From positions 1 through 54,893 of IMG/VR virus record IMGVR_UViG_3300022602_000126: a stretch of 54,893 bases of DNA; one strand, 5' to 3'. The translations under genes and the position numbers were made by a program. The stretch's first letter is position 1. Each line of letters begins with the position of its first letter. The notes under the pieces were generated by a model that saw only the letters and a program-made list of their open reading frames with translations, ran no database searches and was not told the origin of the DNA. This DNA comes from a virus (Duplodnaviria > Caudoviricetes). Shown in pieces: positions 1 through 8,997 of the stretch.

Positions 1-36
1 ATATCCGCTTGGCGGATTAGTGCTGGTAAATACCAT
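1..36 (-). CDS. GIY-YIG homing endonuclease, N-terminal 12 codons (runs off window start)
   Basis: Reverse complement reads ATG...MVFTSTNPPSGY, near-identical to N-termini at 24531 and 46130; same leader cassette upstream. Confidence 0.85.
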   Translation of the reverse strand, partial: MVFTSTNPPSGY

Positions 37-100
37 TGCTGTGTTCCCTATAAACATAGAGTAGGTAGGGCTGCAACCCGTGACCTACACTATTATTTAT
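37..100 (-). promoter_or_regulatory. Endonuclease leader cassette copy A (TAAATA box + two-hairpin 5' leader)
   Basis: ATAAATAATAGT-GTAGGT-CAC-GGGT TGCA GCCC-T-ACCTAC-TCTA-TGTT TATAGGG AACA-CAGCA-ATG. Confidence 0.85.
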
Positions 101-112
101 AATTTAATTATA

Positions 113-589
113 TTACAAATTTTCTAAGAACCACATATAGGTGGGAACAGTAAATGTCATGCGCCATTCGCCGTTCCATCCTAAATTTTTATAGTTGCCG
201 CTAAGTGGAGTTTCATCATATTCTGGCAACCCATCTTTTACGCCAATCTGTTTATAATATTTTCCCAAACTATAAAACAAATAATCAAGTTCAATCTCGT
301 CGATTTCTATTTGCTTAATGTTTAATATTTGATCAGCAAGAATATTTCCTTGATTGTCAATTGGTGTATGTTTTGGTTGTTTGTCAAGAAGGCGAATTTT
401 AATAGTATGTTCGCCTTCTTCTAAATCACGAGAAAATAAGATTACTTTTTCCTCATCGTCATCTTCTTTTTCTGCAACGACACCATAAGCTGTAACTTCG
501 TCATTTAATAATATTTCAAATTTTGGTGGATCATTGTGCCACTTACTATCTAAAATAATCTTAAAATCAACTAATTCGGTGTCGCTCAT
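113..589 (-). CDS. hypothetical protein
   Basis: 158-aa ORF in tightly packed minus-strand gene run. Confidence 0.8.
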   Translation of the reverse strand: MSDTELVDFKIILDSKWHNDPPKFEILLNDEVTAYGVVAEKEDDDEEKVILFSRDLEEGEHTIKIRLLDKQPKHTPIDNQGNILADQILNIKQIEIDEIELDYLFYSLGKYYKQIGVKDGLPEYDETPLSGNYKNLGWNGEWRMTFTVPTYMWFLENL

Positions 590-592
590 CGG

Positions 593-1483
593 TTAACCTT
601 TTTTTATTGCAGACTTGTCAACATTCTTTTTAAGATTTAACTTAATTGGTTGAACAGCTTGCGGAGGAGCAGCTTGCGGCTGCTGTGGCTGCTGTGGATC
701 AAGATGATGAGGTCCGCCATTTGAAGTTTGGTTGAGCAGAACCTTTTTAAGTTCTTCAACATTACCTTCATACTTGTGATAGCCAGTATGATCAAGCTTA
801 ATGCCAGTATCAGCAAAAATCTTACCGCCTGCAAGACGCCATAGATAACAGAATGTCCAATCTTCGGAAAGATAGTTATCATCCTTGTCAATCATGGTAT
901 CAAACAAACCATACATAAGTGGTTCATACTGAGCACCAATGCCGATGTTATCACGATACTTTAATTCTGGATGAAGAGCAATTAACTGCTCAATAACATT
1001 ACGCTTTACCATCATAAAACCAGTGCCCAGCGTGGAAACTTCAACAAGGTCACCCATTGTAACTGGATTTGGAACAGTGTTAATAACATAACGAATTGGA
1101 ATACGCTTCATTGGATATACGCCGCCGACGACATCCTGATTGACGAGAAGAAGACGAATGATTGCTTCTGGATCAAATCCAAGATCAACATCGATAAACA
1201 TAAGGTGAGTTGCAGCTTGATTAAACAAGAACTTTGCAACAAGGTTATTACGACCACGAGTAATAAGTGATTCATTAACCATTGTATCAATAGAATAGTT
1301 AAGTCCCATCTTACTTGCAATAATACCAAACTTAATCATTGCAATAAAAGTTGCTTCATTACAAAGTCCGCCATACATTGGTAGACAAAAATGAATATGT
1401 TGTTTTCTTAAAAAGTCTAGTGCCTCTGGGGGCAAGCCAAAAGTATTATCTTGTGGCGGTTGTTGATTAATTTCTTCTGTCAT
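593..1483 (-). CDS. glycosyltransferase-like protein (GT-A fold)
   Basis: LMFIDVD (DxD), RGRNNLV, LSEDWTFC motifs typical of phage GT-A-like proteins. Confidence 0.65.
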   Translation of the reverse strand: MTEEINQQPPQDNTFGLPPEALDFLRKQHIHFCLPMYGGLCNEATFIAMIKFGIIASKMGLNYSIDTMVNESLITRGRNNLVAKFLFNQAATHLMFIDVDLGFDPEAIIRLLLVNQDVVGGVYPMKRIPIRYVINTVPNPVTMGDLVEVSTLGTGFMMVKRNVIEQLIALHPELKYRDNIGIGAQYEPLMYGLFDTMIDKDDNYLSEDWTFCYLWRLAGGKIFADTGIKLDHTGYHKYEGNVEELKKVLLNQTSNGGPHHLDPQQPQQPQAAPPQAVQPIKLNLKKNVDKSAIKKG

Positions 1484-1546
1484 TGAATTCTTTCCGTTAA
1501 GTGTAGATATTATTATATATCTACCCCCAACACTATGACATAATTT

Positions 1547-1918
1547 TTATGTATTGTAAAGAACTTGATTGATATTACCAGAAGAAAAATTAGTAATATG
1601 AGCACGGCACCATACAAAGTTGCCAGTAAAGTTAAAGAAGAAATTGCCAGTAACTGCGTTAGTGCCATCACCAACAGTAGTAGATGTGATATCAAACCAA
1701 TCGCTATCTGTTGGATATTGTAGTAAGGTTGCTTGAAATTTAATAATACCAATAAAGTTAGTTAAGCTATAACTAACTGTGTGCAAACCATCAGTATACC
1801 CATAGTATCCATTGCCTTTAAGTTGATTACTGCTCCATGTGGTAGAGACACCATCATATGGAGGGTAAACTTGTCCATGACTAATTGCACTTAATACTAC
1901 TTGTGGTATACTTGCCAT
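1547..1918 (-). CDS. hypothetical protein
   Basis: 123-aa ORF, beta-rich composition. Confidence 0.75.
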   Translation of the reverse strand: MASIPQVVLSAISHGQVYPPYDGVSTTWSSNQLKGNGYYGYTDGLHTVSYSLTNFIGIIKFQATLLQYPTDSDWFDITSTTVGDGTNAVTGNFFFNFTGNFVWCRAHITNFSSGNINQVLYNT

Positions 1919-1920
1919 TA

Positions 1921-2091
1921 TTATTCCGATTTTTCAATTTCAACGATTACATTTTCGCCAACTAATTCTTGAACAACTGCTTCAATACTCTCAACAATAT
2001 CATTTCGAATGATGGTTGGATTATTTGAACTTTTGTCAGCAACAAGTTTGCTTACTTTGATAACTAATACTTCTTCGTAGATTTTAGCCAT
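1921..2091 (-). CDS. small hypothetical protein (MAKIYEEVLVIKVSKL..., 56 aa)
   Basis: Read manually; fills the gap, GGAG upstream, overlaps previous stop. Confidence 0.75.
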   Translation of the reverse strand: MAKIYEEVLVIKVSKLVADKSSNNPTIIRNDIVESIEAVVQELVGENVIVEIEKSE

Positions 2092-2434
2092 TGATATTCT
2101 CCAATGTATTTATTCTAGGTTTGCGTCCACGCTTTTTGCCAGCACCCTTCTTGCCGCCATCTGCTTTAATATCATAGGCAAGACCAAGACGAGTGGGTTC
2201 CATGCCATCAATTTCTTCAATCTTGTCAATAGGAACACTGAACTTACGACCTGTGCGATGTGATGAAATAAACTTCATCGTGCCTTCATCACTGACAACC
2301 CTATCTACATTAAGAAATAACAGTTTCTCAGTGGGCATCCCACCAAATGCTGCTATTGGACACCGTGCTAGAATACGAGTCTTGCTGTTAACGATACCAC
2401 GATTGATAAGGGCGGTTGCTAATGCTTCATTCAT
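2084..2434 (-). CDS. hypothetical protein
   Basis: 116-aa ORF with basic C-terminal KKRGRKP. Confidence 0.75.
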   Translation of the reverse strand: MNEALATALINRGIVNSKTRILARCPIAAFGGMPTEKLLFLNVDRVVSDEGTMKFISSHRTGRKFSVPIDKIEEIDGMEPTRLGLAYDIKADGGKKGAGKKRGRKPRINTLENING

Positions 2435-2438
2435 TATG

Positions 2439-3137
2439 TTACGCTTTCACTTTCTTTACTAATTTATAGACTTTTTTGATGCCATCTTGAAACAACATAT
2501 ACAGCAGTGGAATATTGTCTGCACTTCTGCAAAATACACGAACTGAACCATGGTAATAACCTGTTTCAAGACCTGTGCTGGTACGAGCACACCAACGGTT
2601 TAATTCATATGGCATAAACAAATCATCGCTATTATCAGTTACAAATTTATGTAATTCAAGCAAGTTATCTCGTTGTGTCTTTCTGCCACCATAACCACCT
2701 GTTTGCCAACCCCAATAAGTTTCAAACTCAACCTGATAAGGAATATCTGGGTCATACCTTGTCTCACTTACCAGTTTAACATCAACTGCGATATTGTCAA
2801 GATTATTCATTTCAGCAATATATTGATTATTGCTTGTGGTAAATCCTTTAACTGATGCAAGCAATGACGGATTGTCAAGAATTGCGTCAAGTGCAGCGGT
2901 ACTATTGGTAAAAAAACGAAACAACGCTTCATTACGAAAACGACACTGCGGATCAAGGTTTTTCAGTGTTCGACGCATATTCAGAATGCCGTCCCAATCT
3001 CTTGGAATTGCTAGTTCTACACGAAAATGATACTTTCCATACCATAGTTTGTTTTCAGTGCTAATATGCCACTTAAACAAATGATCTTTAAACCGTTCAC
3101 GGTATTCAATCAGCGTTAATTCTGCTATCTCTGTCAT
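2439..3137 (-). CDS. hypothetical protein
   Basis: 232-aa ORF with GAGG RBS and TTGACA/TATTAT promoter upstream. Confidence 0.75.
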   Translation of the reverse strand: MTEIAELTLIEYRERFKDHLFKWHISTENKLWYGKYHFRVELAIPRDWDGILNMRRTLKNLDPQCRFRNEALFRFFTNSTAALDAILDNPSLLASVKGFTTSNNQYIAEMNNLDNIAVDVKLVSETRYDPDIPYQVEFETYWGWQTGGYGGRKTQRDNLLELHKFVTDNSDDLFMPYELNRWCARTSTGLETGYYHGSVRVFCRSADNIPLLYMLFQDGIKKVYKLVKKVKA

Positions 3138-3193
3138 CTTCTGCCTCTTTATTTTATAATATCACAATTAGAAGTTTTGTCAAGGGGGAAAAG

Positions 3194-3262
3194 ATAAATA
3201 ATATTGTCAGCCACGATGCTACTAACATCTGCTGACTCTATGATTGTAAAGGAATCACAGCA
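3194..3262 (+). promoter_or_regulatory. Endonuclease leader cassette copy B
   Basis: ATAAATAATATT-GTCAGC-CAC-GATG CTACTAA CATC-T-GCTGAC-TCTA-TGATT GTAAAGG AATCA-CAGCA-GTG. Confidence 0.85.
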
Positions 3263-3865
3263 GTGACAAATATTTATTACGTATATCTATACGTTCGTGA
3301 AGATGGAACCCCGTATTATATTGGTAAGGGCAAAGGTCGTAGAGCCTATGCAAAGCATAATGTAAATCTGCCAAAAAATAAAGACCGCATTATTTTATTA
3401 CATATAAATCTTACAGAAGAACAAGCACATAATACAGAAAAAAAACTTATTGCAAAGTATGGTCGCAAAGATGTTGGAACAGGCATTTTACATAACAAAA
3501 CCGATGGTGGTGAAGGAGTTAGTGGTTGGAAACCAACAGATGAAACCAAAAGAAAAATATCAGAAAGTAACATTGGAAGTGTTCCTTGGAATAAAGGAAA
3601 AATTGGTGTATATAGTGAAGAAACTCTTACTAGCATGGGTAATGCAAGAAAAGGTAAAACTCCGTGGAATAAGGGTAACAAAACACCAAAGAAACCATAT
3701 GTTCCTAAACCAAAAAAACCAAGAGTTTTTACAGATGAACATCGTGCAAAATTAAGTGCTGCACGCAAGGGAAAACTTCTTTCCGAAGAATATAAAAAAA
3801 ATATGTCTCTATCTCGCATAGGAAAAACACGCAAACCTTATAAATCAAAGCAAATTACTGAATAA
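3263..3865 (+). CDS. GIY-YIG homing endonuclease with NUMOD3-type DNA-binding repeats
   Basis: YYVYLY...PYYIGKG, E..LI..YGR, N.TDGGEG, basic PWNKGK repeats; GTG start. Confidence 0.88.
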   Translation: MTNIYYVYLYVREDGTPYYIGKGKGRRAYAKHNVNLPKNKDRIILLHINLTEEQAHNTEKKLIAKYGRKDVGTGILHNKTDGGEGVSGWKPTDETKRKISESNIGSVPWNKGKIGVYSEETLTSMGNARKGKTPWNKGNKTPKKPYVPKPKKPRVFTDEHRAKLSAARKGKLLSEEYKKNMSLSRIGKTRKPYKSKQITE

Positions 3866-3866
3866 A

Positions 3867-6068
3867 TTACTCAAACTTGATATCTAATTTGTCATCTACA
3901 ACACTTACGAATAGTTTTTGTGACTTATTGCTGGCAAATAATATCATTTTAGATAATGGAACTTTAATATATTCGTGAATTGTGCGGTTCATTGGTCTTG
4001 CACCAAGAAGTGGACTATAACCCTTCTTGACAAGCCAATCATAAGCAGCGTCAGTAACATCAAGTGTGATATTCTTGCCTGACATTTGTGCTTGCAGTTC
4101 AGCAATGAACTTTTCAGCAATCTTACGGATAGTTTTGCTATCCAATTTGTTGAATGTAACAATCGCATCTACACGATTGCGGAACTCTGGACGGAAATGC
4201 TCTTTAACAGCCGCATCAACCGCATCACTACGATCTTGACTACCAAAGCCAATAACAAGACGCTCACTGTCAGCAGCACCAAGATTACTTGTCATAATAA
4301 GCAATGCTTGGCGGCAATCTGCTCGCTTGCCATTTGTGCCAGTAATAAAGCCTTCATCCATAACTTGCAACAATACTTGTGCAACATCAGGATGTGCTTT
4401 TTCAATTTCATCAAATAATATAATACAATGTGGGTTCTTGGCAACTTCACTAATAAGCAATCCACCAGCAAGGTTAGCATCTTCATAACCAACATAACCA
4501 GGAGGAGCGCCAATCAAGCGTGAGATACTATGCTTTTCTTGATATTCACTCATATCAAAGCGCAGTAGCTTCATAGCAAGCTTTTCACTTAGCTGTTTGG
4601 CAAGTTCAGTTTTACCTGTGCCAGTTGGTCCAAGGAATAGGAACGACCCTACGGGCTTGTTCTCTGCCTTTAAACCAGCCTGTGTGACCCATACACGGTC
4701 AAGGACAGCATCTACTGCTGCATCTTGATTATATACCTTTGCCTTGATATCTTTATCAAGATTAGGCATAATCTTTTGTGTATTCTCTGCACCAAGCTGA
4801 ACTTCTGGAATACCAGTAATGCGGCTTAGTTCACGACGAATTTGTGCAACATCAATAGTGCGAGAACCACGAGACTGTGTGCGACGAAGTGCTGCGGCAC
4901 TATCAATCAAGTCAATTGCCTTATCTGGCAACTTCTTATCAGCCTGATAACGATGGCTCAATGCTACTGCTTCATTGATAGCAGCATCGGTAATCTTAAC
5001 GCCATGAAATGCTTCGTAATTTGGTTTAATGCCACTCAAAATTGCAATACAATCTGCAATGCTTGGCTCGCCAACATTCACCTTATTAAAACGGCGCATC
5101 ATTGCACGGTCTTTTTCAAAGTGCTTGGTATATTCTTCCCATGTGGTTGAAGCAATAACCTTAAAGTCACCACGAGCCAATGCTGGTTTAATCATGTTGC
5201 TTAGGTCAACGCTGCTTTGACTGCCAGCGCCAGCACCATTCATCTGATGTGCTTCATCAATAAAGAGAATAACATTGCCACGCTCGGTGGCAGCGTTCAT
5301 AATCTCTTGCATGCGCTCTTCAAAGTCACCACGATACTTTGTACCAGCCAACAGAGAGCCAACATTCAAGCTATAAACATAATGCCCACGCAAGAACTTT
5401 GGAACATCATTGTTTACGATATTATATGCAAGTCCTTCGGCAATAGCAGTCTTGCCAACGCCTGGATCGCCAATCAACATAACATTGCATTTATTCTTGC
5501 GAGCAAGAATTTGCGTCATCTCAGCAATTTCAGTCGTGCGACCAATTACTGGATCAATCTTGCCATTGTTAACAAGTTCGTTAAGATTGGTGCAATACTC
5601 ATCAAGAGCATTATTACTGCCAACACCAACTTGCTTTTTATTATTCTTGTTAAATTCTTGGATAACTTTTTCTGGTTCAACGCCATACTTCTTTAAGAAG
5701 AACGCAGCATGGCTATGGGTTTCTTTGGAGATAGAAAGATAAAGGTCCGTAATATTAAGTTGCTGCCGACCTAGCAAGATTACTTGTGTAAATGCACGAT
5801 TGAACACTCGTTCAAGACTTTGTGTCTTTTTAGGTTCTGTGGAATCGCTGCCTTGTGGAATATTTTCAAAGATATAATCTTCTAATTCCTTGATAAGGCT
5901 TTCTAAGTCAATGCCCATCTGTCCAAGTATGCGAGAGAAACCACGCTCATAGAGCATACTAACAAGCAGATGCTCTACGGTATAATATTGATGATTGTTA
6001 TCAACAGCGAATTGCTTCGCTATCTTAACTACTTTTTCAAGGTCGCCATTGCTGCTAAAATTTGTCAT
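3867..6068 (-). CDS. clpA: ATP-dependent Clp protease ATP-binding subunit ClpA
   Basis: Clp N domain, two AAA+ modules (GDPGVGKT, GPTGTGKT), FDMSEYQEKH, GAPPGYVG; no long ClpB M-domain; start placed at MTNF after promoter. Confidence 0.92.
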   Translation of the reverse strand: MTNFSSNGDLEKVVKIAKQFAVDNNHQYYTVEHLLVSMLYERGFSRILGQMGIDLESLIKELEDYIFENIPQGSDSTEPKKTQSLERVFNRAFTQVILLGRQQLNITDLYLSISKETHSHAAFFLKKYGVEPEKVIQEFNKNNKKQVGVGSNNALDEYCTNLNELVNNGKIDPVIGRTTEIAEMTQILARKNKCNVMLIGDPGVGKTAIAEGLAYNIVNNDVPKFLRGHYVYSLNVGSLLAGTKYRGDFEERMQEIMNAATERGNVILFIDEAHQMNGAGAGSQSSVDLSNMIKPALARGDFKVIASTTWEEYTKHFEKDRAMMRRFNKVNVGEPSIADCIAILSGIKPNYEAFHGVKITDAAINEAVALSHRYQADKKLPDKAIDLIDSAAALRRTQSRGSRTIDVAQIRRELSRITGIPEVQLGAENTQKIMPNLDKDIKAKVYNQDAAVDAVLDRVWVTQAGLKAENKPVGSFLFLGPTGTGKTELAKQLSEKLAMKLLRFDMSEYQEKHSISRLIGAPPGYVGYEDANLAGGLLISEVAKNPHCIILFDEIEKAHPDVAQVLLQVMDEGFITGTNGKRADCRQALLIMTSNLGAADSERLVIGFGSQDRSDAVDAAVKEHFRPEFRNRVDAIVTFNKLDSKTIRKIAEKFIAELQAQMSGKNITLDVTDAAYDWLVKKGYSPLLGARPMNRTIHEYIKVPLSKMILFASNKSQKLFVSVVDDKLDIKFE

Positions 6069-6074
6069 ATTACT

Positions 6075-6102
6075 AATATAGCACACTTCTTATACTTGTC
6101 AA
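6075..6102 (-). promoter_or_regulatory. sigma70-like promoter for clpA (apparently leaderless)
   Basis: TTGACA-N16-TATATT-N6-ATG. Confidence 0.7.
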
Positions 6103-6109
6103 GTATTTA

Positions 6110-6172
6110 ATAAATAATATTGTAGGCCACGGACGGCAATCCCGCCTACTCTATGTTTATAGGAACACAGCA
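6110..6172 (+). promoter_or_regulatory. Endonuclease leader cassette copy C
   Basis: ATAAATAATATT-GTAGGC-CAC-GGA CGGCAA TCC-C-GCCTAC-TCTA-TGTT TATAGG AACA-CAGCA-ATG. Confidence 0.85.
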
Positions 6173-6703
6173 ATGGTATTTACACGACAGAACCCACCAA
6201 ATGGGTATTATGTTTATCAATATTTAAGGGATGATAATACACCTTATTACATTGGTAAAGGAAAAAATAAAAGAGCGTGGTTAAAACGTAAACAGATTCC
6301 TTTACCTTCCAATACAAATAATATTATAATTATAAAATATAATTTAACAGAAAATGAAGCATTTTCTTTAGAAAAAGAATTAATTAATTTTTACGGAAGA
6401 AAAGATATTAACACAGGTATTTTAAGAAACAGAACTGACGGTGGTGACGGTATGACTAATCCATCACCAGAAACCAGAAGTAAAATGTCAATGGCAAGTA
6501 AGGGAAGACCTAAATCCCCAGAACATTGCAATAGCCTATCACAATCACATCTTGGAAAAAATAATCATTTTTATGGTAAAACTCACACCCCTGAAACACG
6601 AGCAAAATTAAGTGAATTAAGAAAGGGAAGAAAATTATCAGCAGAGACACGTGCTAAAATGTCTGGAAAACGTGGACCTTATAAAAAGAAAACTACGTAT
6701 TAA
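6173..6703 (+). CDS. GIY-YIG homing endonuclease with NUMOD3 repeats
   Basis: YYVYQY..PYYIGKG, N.TDGGDG, NHFYGKTHTPETRAKLSE. Confidence 0.88.
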   Translation: MVFTRQNPPNGYYVYQYLRDDNTPYYIGKGKNKRAWLKRKQIPLPSNTNNIIIIKYNLTENEAFSLEKELINFYGRKDINTGILRNRTDGGDGMTNPSPETRSKMSMASKGRPKSPEHCNSLSQSHLGKNNHFYGKTHTPETRAKLSELRKGRKLSAETRAKMSGKRGPYKKKTTY

Positions 6704-7568
6704 TTGGCTTTATTTTTTGAATTTCTTTAACCAAATTAAGCTGTTCAGTGGTCAAGATTGACGGAATTTTAACACTTATTCTAGCAATATATTTGCCACG
6801 AGCACCGTTCTGTCTAGCAAACCCTTCGTCTGTTATGCCAAACTGACTTTGATGCTGAGTTCCTTGTGGAATTTGTAGTTCTATGGTTTTACCACTTGGA
6901 AGGTTAATAGGAATTGTGCATCCTAACATTGCTTGGAAAGCATCAATGGTAATATCTTCCATGATATTTTCATTATTTCTTATGAATCTATCATGTCTTA
7001 TAACATGAATTTGGATATCCAAATTGCCTCGTGGAACGCCAGGATTGGCATCATCGCCTCGCCCAACAACCTGAAACACGAAACCATCTTCGATACCAGC
7101 AGGAATTTCTAGGGTCAATCGTTCAGTAGCATTTGTAGTTTTATATTCTATAACTTTGTGCTGTGAATTTAATGTTTCTAAGAATGGAATATTAACTTGA
7201 ACTCGCAAGTTGCGATTTCTAGGCTGTTGACGAGTTTGGAAACCAAATTGACTGGCAAATTGCTCATGGAACGCAGACATCGGGTCTGGACCACCGCCAA
7301 AATTAAAATGAAATTCAAATGGATTGCCAGCCTGACGATATGCTTGATGCTGTTGATTGAATTGTGGCTGTGGATTGCGACGAGTATGATCATAATGCGC
7401 ACGAGCATTTGGATCACTTAATGTGCTATATGCCTCGTTAATCTGCTGAAACTTAGCTTGATCACCGCCCATATCTGGATGATGTTGTTTGGCAAGGCTT
7501 CTAAAAGCAGCTTTTAATTCTTCGGGGCTAGCTGTTTCTGCTACACCAAGTGTTTGATAATGACTCAT
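6693..7568 (-). CDS. dnaJ: DnaJ-family (class II/CbpA-like) co-chaperone
   Basis: J domain with HPD, G/F-rich region, C-terminal domain, no zinc finger. Confidence 0.88.
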   Translation of the reverse strand: MSHYQTLGVAETASPEELKAAFRSLAKQHHPDMGGDQAKFQQINEAYSTLSDPNARAHYDHTRRNPQPQFNQQHQAYRQAGNPFEFHFNFGGGPDPMSAFHEQFASQFGFQTRQQPRNRNLRVQVNIPFLETLNSQHKVIEYKTTNATERLTLEIPAGIEDGFVFQVVGRGDDANPGVPRGNLDIQIHVIRHDRFIRNNENIMEDITIDAFQAMLGCTIPINLPSGKTIELQIPQGTQHQSQFGITDEGFARQNGARGKYIARISVKIPSILTTEQLNLVKEIQKIKPINT

Positions 7569-7574
7569 ATAGTA

Positions 7575-7603
7575 ATTATGCCACGATAACTTCTATCTGT
7601 CAA
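7575..7603 (-). promoter_or_regulatory. sigma70-like promoter for dnaJ (apparently leaderless)
   Basis: TTGACA-N17-CATAAT-N6-ATG. Confidence 0.7.
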
Positions 7604-7606
7604 GAA

Positions 7607-8221
7607 TTAAGTGGTGCTAATTGAACCAGTTGGCGGTTTTGTGCCAGCCGCAGCCGCAGCACCTGCTGATGTCTTCTCTTGTGTTCTGCCATATGCAGAG
7701 ATACCAAGAATAGCACCAAACGCAAGATGAATTAATCCACCATTTGACAGCGTAAGACTTTGCCATTGAGTATAAGTTACCGTAGTGGCACCAAGACCTT
7801 TTAAGAAAATTGGCATCATCATGCTTAATATGGGTGCAGCAACAAAGTCAAAGAAACAAATTAGCATATAAAGCCAACCCATCGCAGGACGCCAATATGA
7901 CTTCATCCAATGTTCACTTGCTTTATCTTCTTTTTTTGATTCTTCTTTGGCTATTTGCGCACGTTCATACGCAACTTCATCTTCTTTTTGGTCTTCATGA
8001 CGATCTTCAATCGCCATCTTATGATATTCTTTTTTCTCTTCTAGCGCAAAGCGCATTTCTTCAAGACGAAGTTTACGAAGTTCAATGTTATTTTGATCTG
8101 ATTCTGATAATACAGGCGCAGGTGGAGCAGCAGTTTTTAACTGCGCATCTTCTGGACGCTCATCATCTGCCATACGACGAGGGCCGATTGGCTCATCATC
8201 TTCTTCAATTACTACTGCCAC
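7607..8221 (-). CDS. holin of the 3TM / GTA-holin-like family (start uncertain)
   Basis: WRPAMGWLYMLIC..DF and C-terminal LG...YGRT.EK; follows spanin pair; GTG start after AAGGA. Confidence 0.65.
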   Translation of the reverse strand: MAVVIEEDDEPIGPRRMADDERPEDAQLKTAAPPAPVLSESDQNNIELRKLRLEEMRFALEEKKEYHKMAIEDRHEDQKEDEVAYERAQIAKEESKKEDKASEHWMKSYWRPAMGWLYMLICFFDFVAAPILSMMMPIFLKGLGATTVTYTQWQSLTLSNGGLIHLAFGAILGISAYGRTQEKTSAGAAAAAGTKPPTGSISTT

Positions 8222-8612
8222 TGGTACTTCCTTGGGTAGTTGAGGTTTTGGTAGTTCCATCTTTGGTGGCTTGGGCGTCATAATATTGTTTGTATGCGCT
8301 AACTTGTGCTTGATATTGTCTAATGACTTTAACAAGGTTGGCTTGGTTGACTGCCAAGTCTTCGTAATCTCTTGGATTAATGGCGAAAAGGCTTTCGCTA
8401 TGTGCTTTTCCAAATGCCGTGTCAATGTGATCTTCACTTCCTGGTTTTGCGTTTTTATTTACAACATGCCATTCAATATCATTCAAATGAACATTATCTA
8501 CGCTAGGTAATACAAGAGTTGGACGCTCTACTGTAACAACAGCAGTTGTGCCAGCCGTCTGACAAGCTGCTAATAATAAACATAGTGGTAATACTTTAAC
8601 AACCTTGAACAT
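8205..8612 (-). CDS. putative outer-membrane spanin (lipoprotein)
   Basis: Signal peptide with lipobox LLAAC; overlaps upstream TM/coiled-coil gene. Confidence 0.65.
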   Translation of the reverse strand: MFKVVKVLPLCLLLAACQTAGTTAVVTVERPTLVLPSVDNVHLNDIEWHVVNKNAKPGSEDHIDTAFGKAHSESLFAINPRDYEDLAVNQANLVKVIRQYQAQVSAYKQYYDAQATKDGTTKTSTTQGSTSGSSN

Positions 8613-8997
8613 TTGCCGCACCCTTGTTGACTGTTTCTTCAATGCATCTGAATGACTTGGATGTTGCGTCATTCATGCGTTTTTGTAATTCTAATGGCTT
8701 GCTTGCAGCAAATGCGCCAAGATCACGATTATTCTTTGTAAATTTTGCCTGAATATCATCTGCTTCATTGCGAGCAGCTTGATAGTCATCGTATGCTTTT
8801 TGAGCAACTGCTTGTTGTTCTTTTAAATCTGCTTGTGTTTTTTCAAGTGTTGCAGTAGTAGTTTTAAGAGCAAAATCTTTTGTTGCAACTTCTTGGTTTA
8901 ATCTTGCTAATTCATCTTGCGTATATTTGAAATAGCCAACAACTGCACCAATGATTAATAGCACAGCTAATATTTTATAAATTGAAAATCCAAACAT
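8596..8997 (-). CDS. putative inner-membrane spanin
   Basis: N-terminal TM helix then long coiled coil with C-terminal Cys; paired with lipoprotein. Confidence 0.65.
   Translation of the reverse strand: MFGFSIYKILAVLLIIGAVVGYFKYTQDELARLNQEVATKDFALKTTTATLEKTQADLKEQQAVAQKAYDDYQAARNEADDIQAKFTKNNRDLGAFAASKPLELQKRMNDATSKSFRCIEETVNKGAANVQGC

Noticed and set aside
3346-3834. Antisense ORFs over endonuclease and other genes (e.g. 3346-3834, 24674-25042, 44818-45336, 7810-8283)
   Set aside because: Shadow frames of well-supported genes, with no RBS or recognisable motifs.
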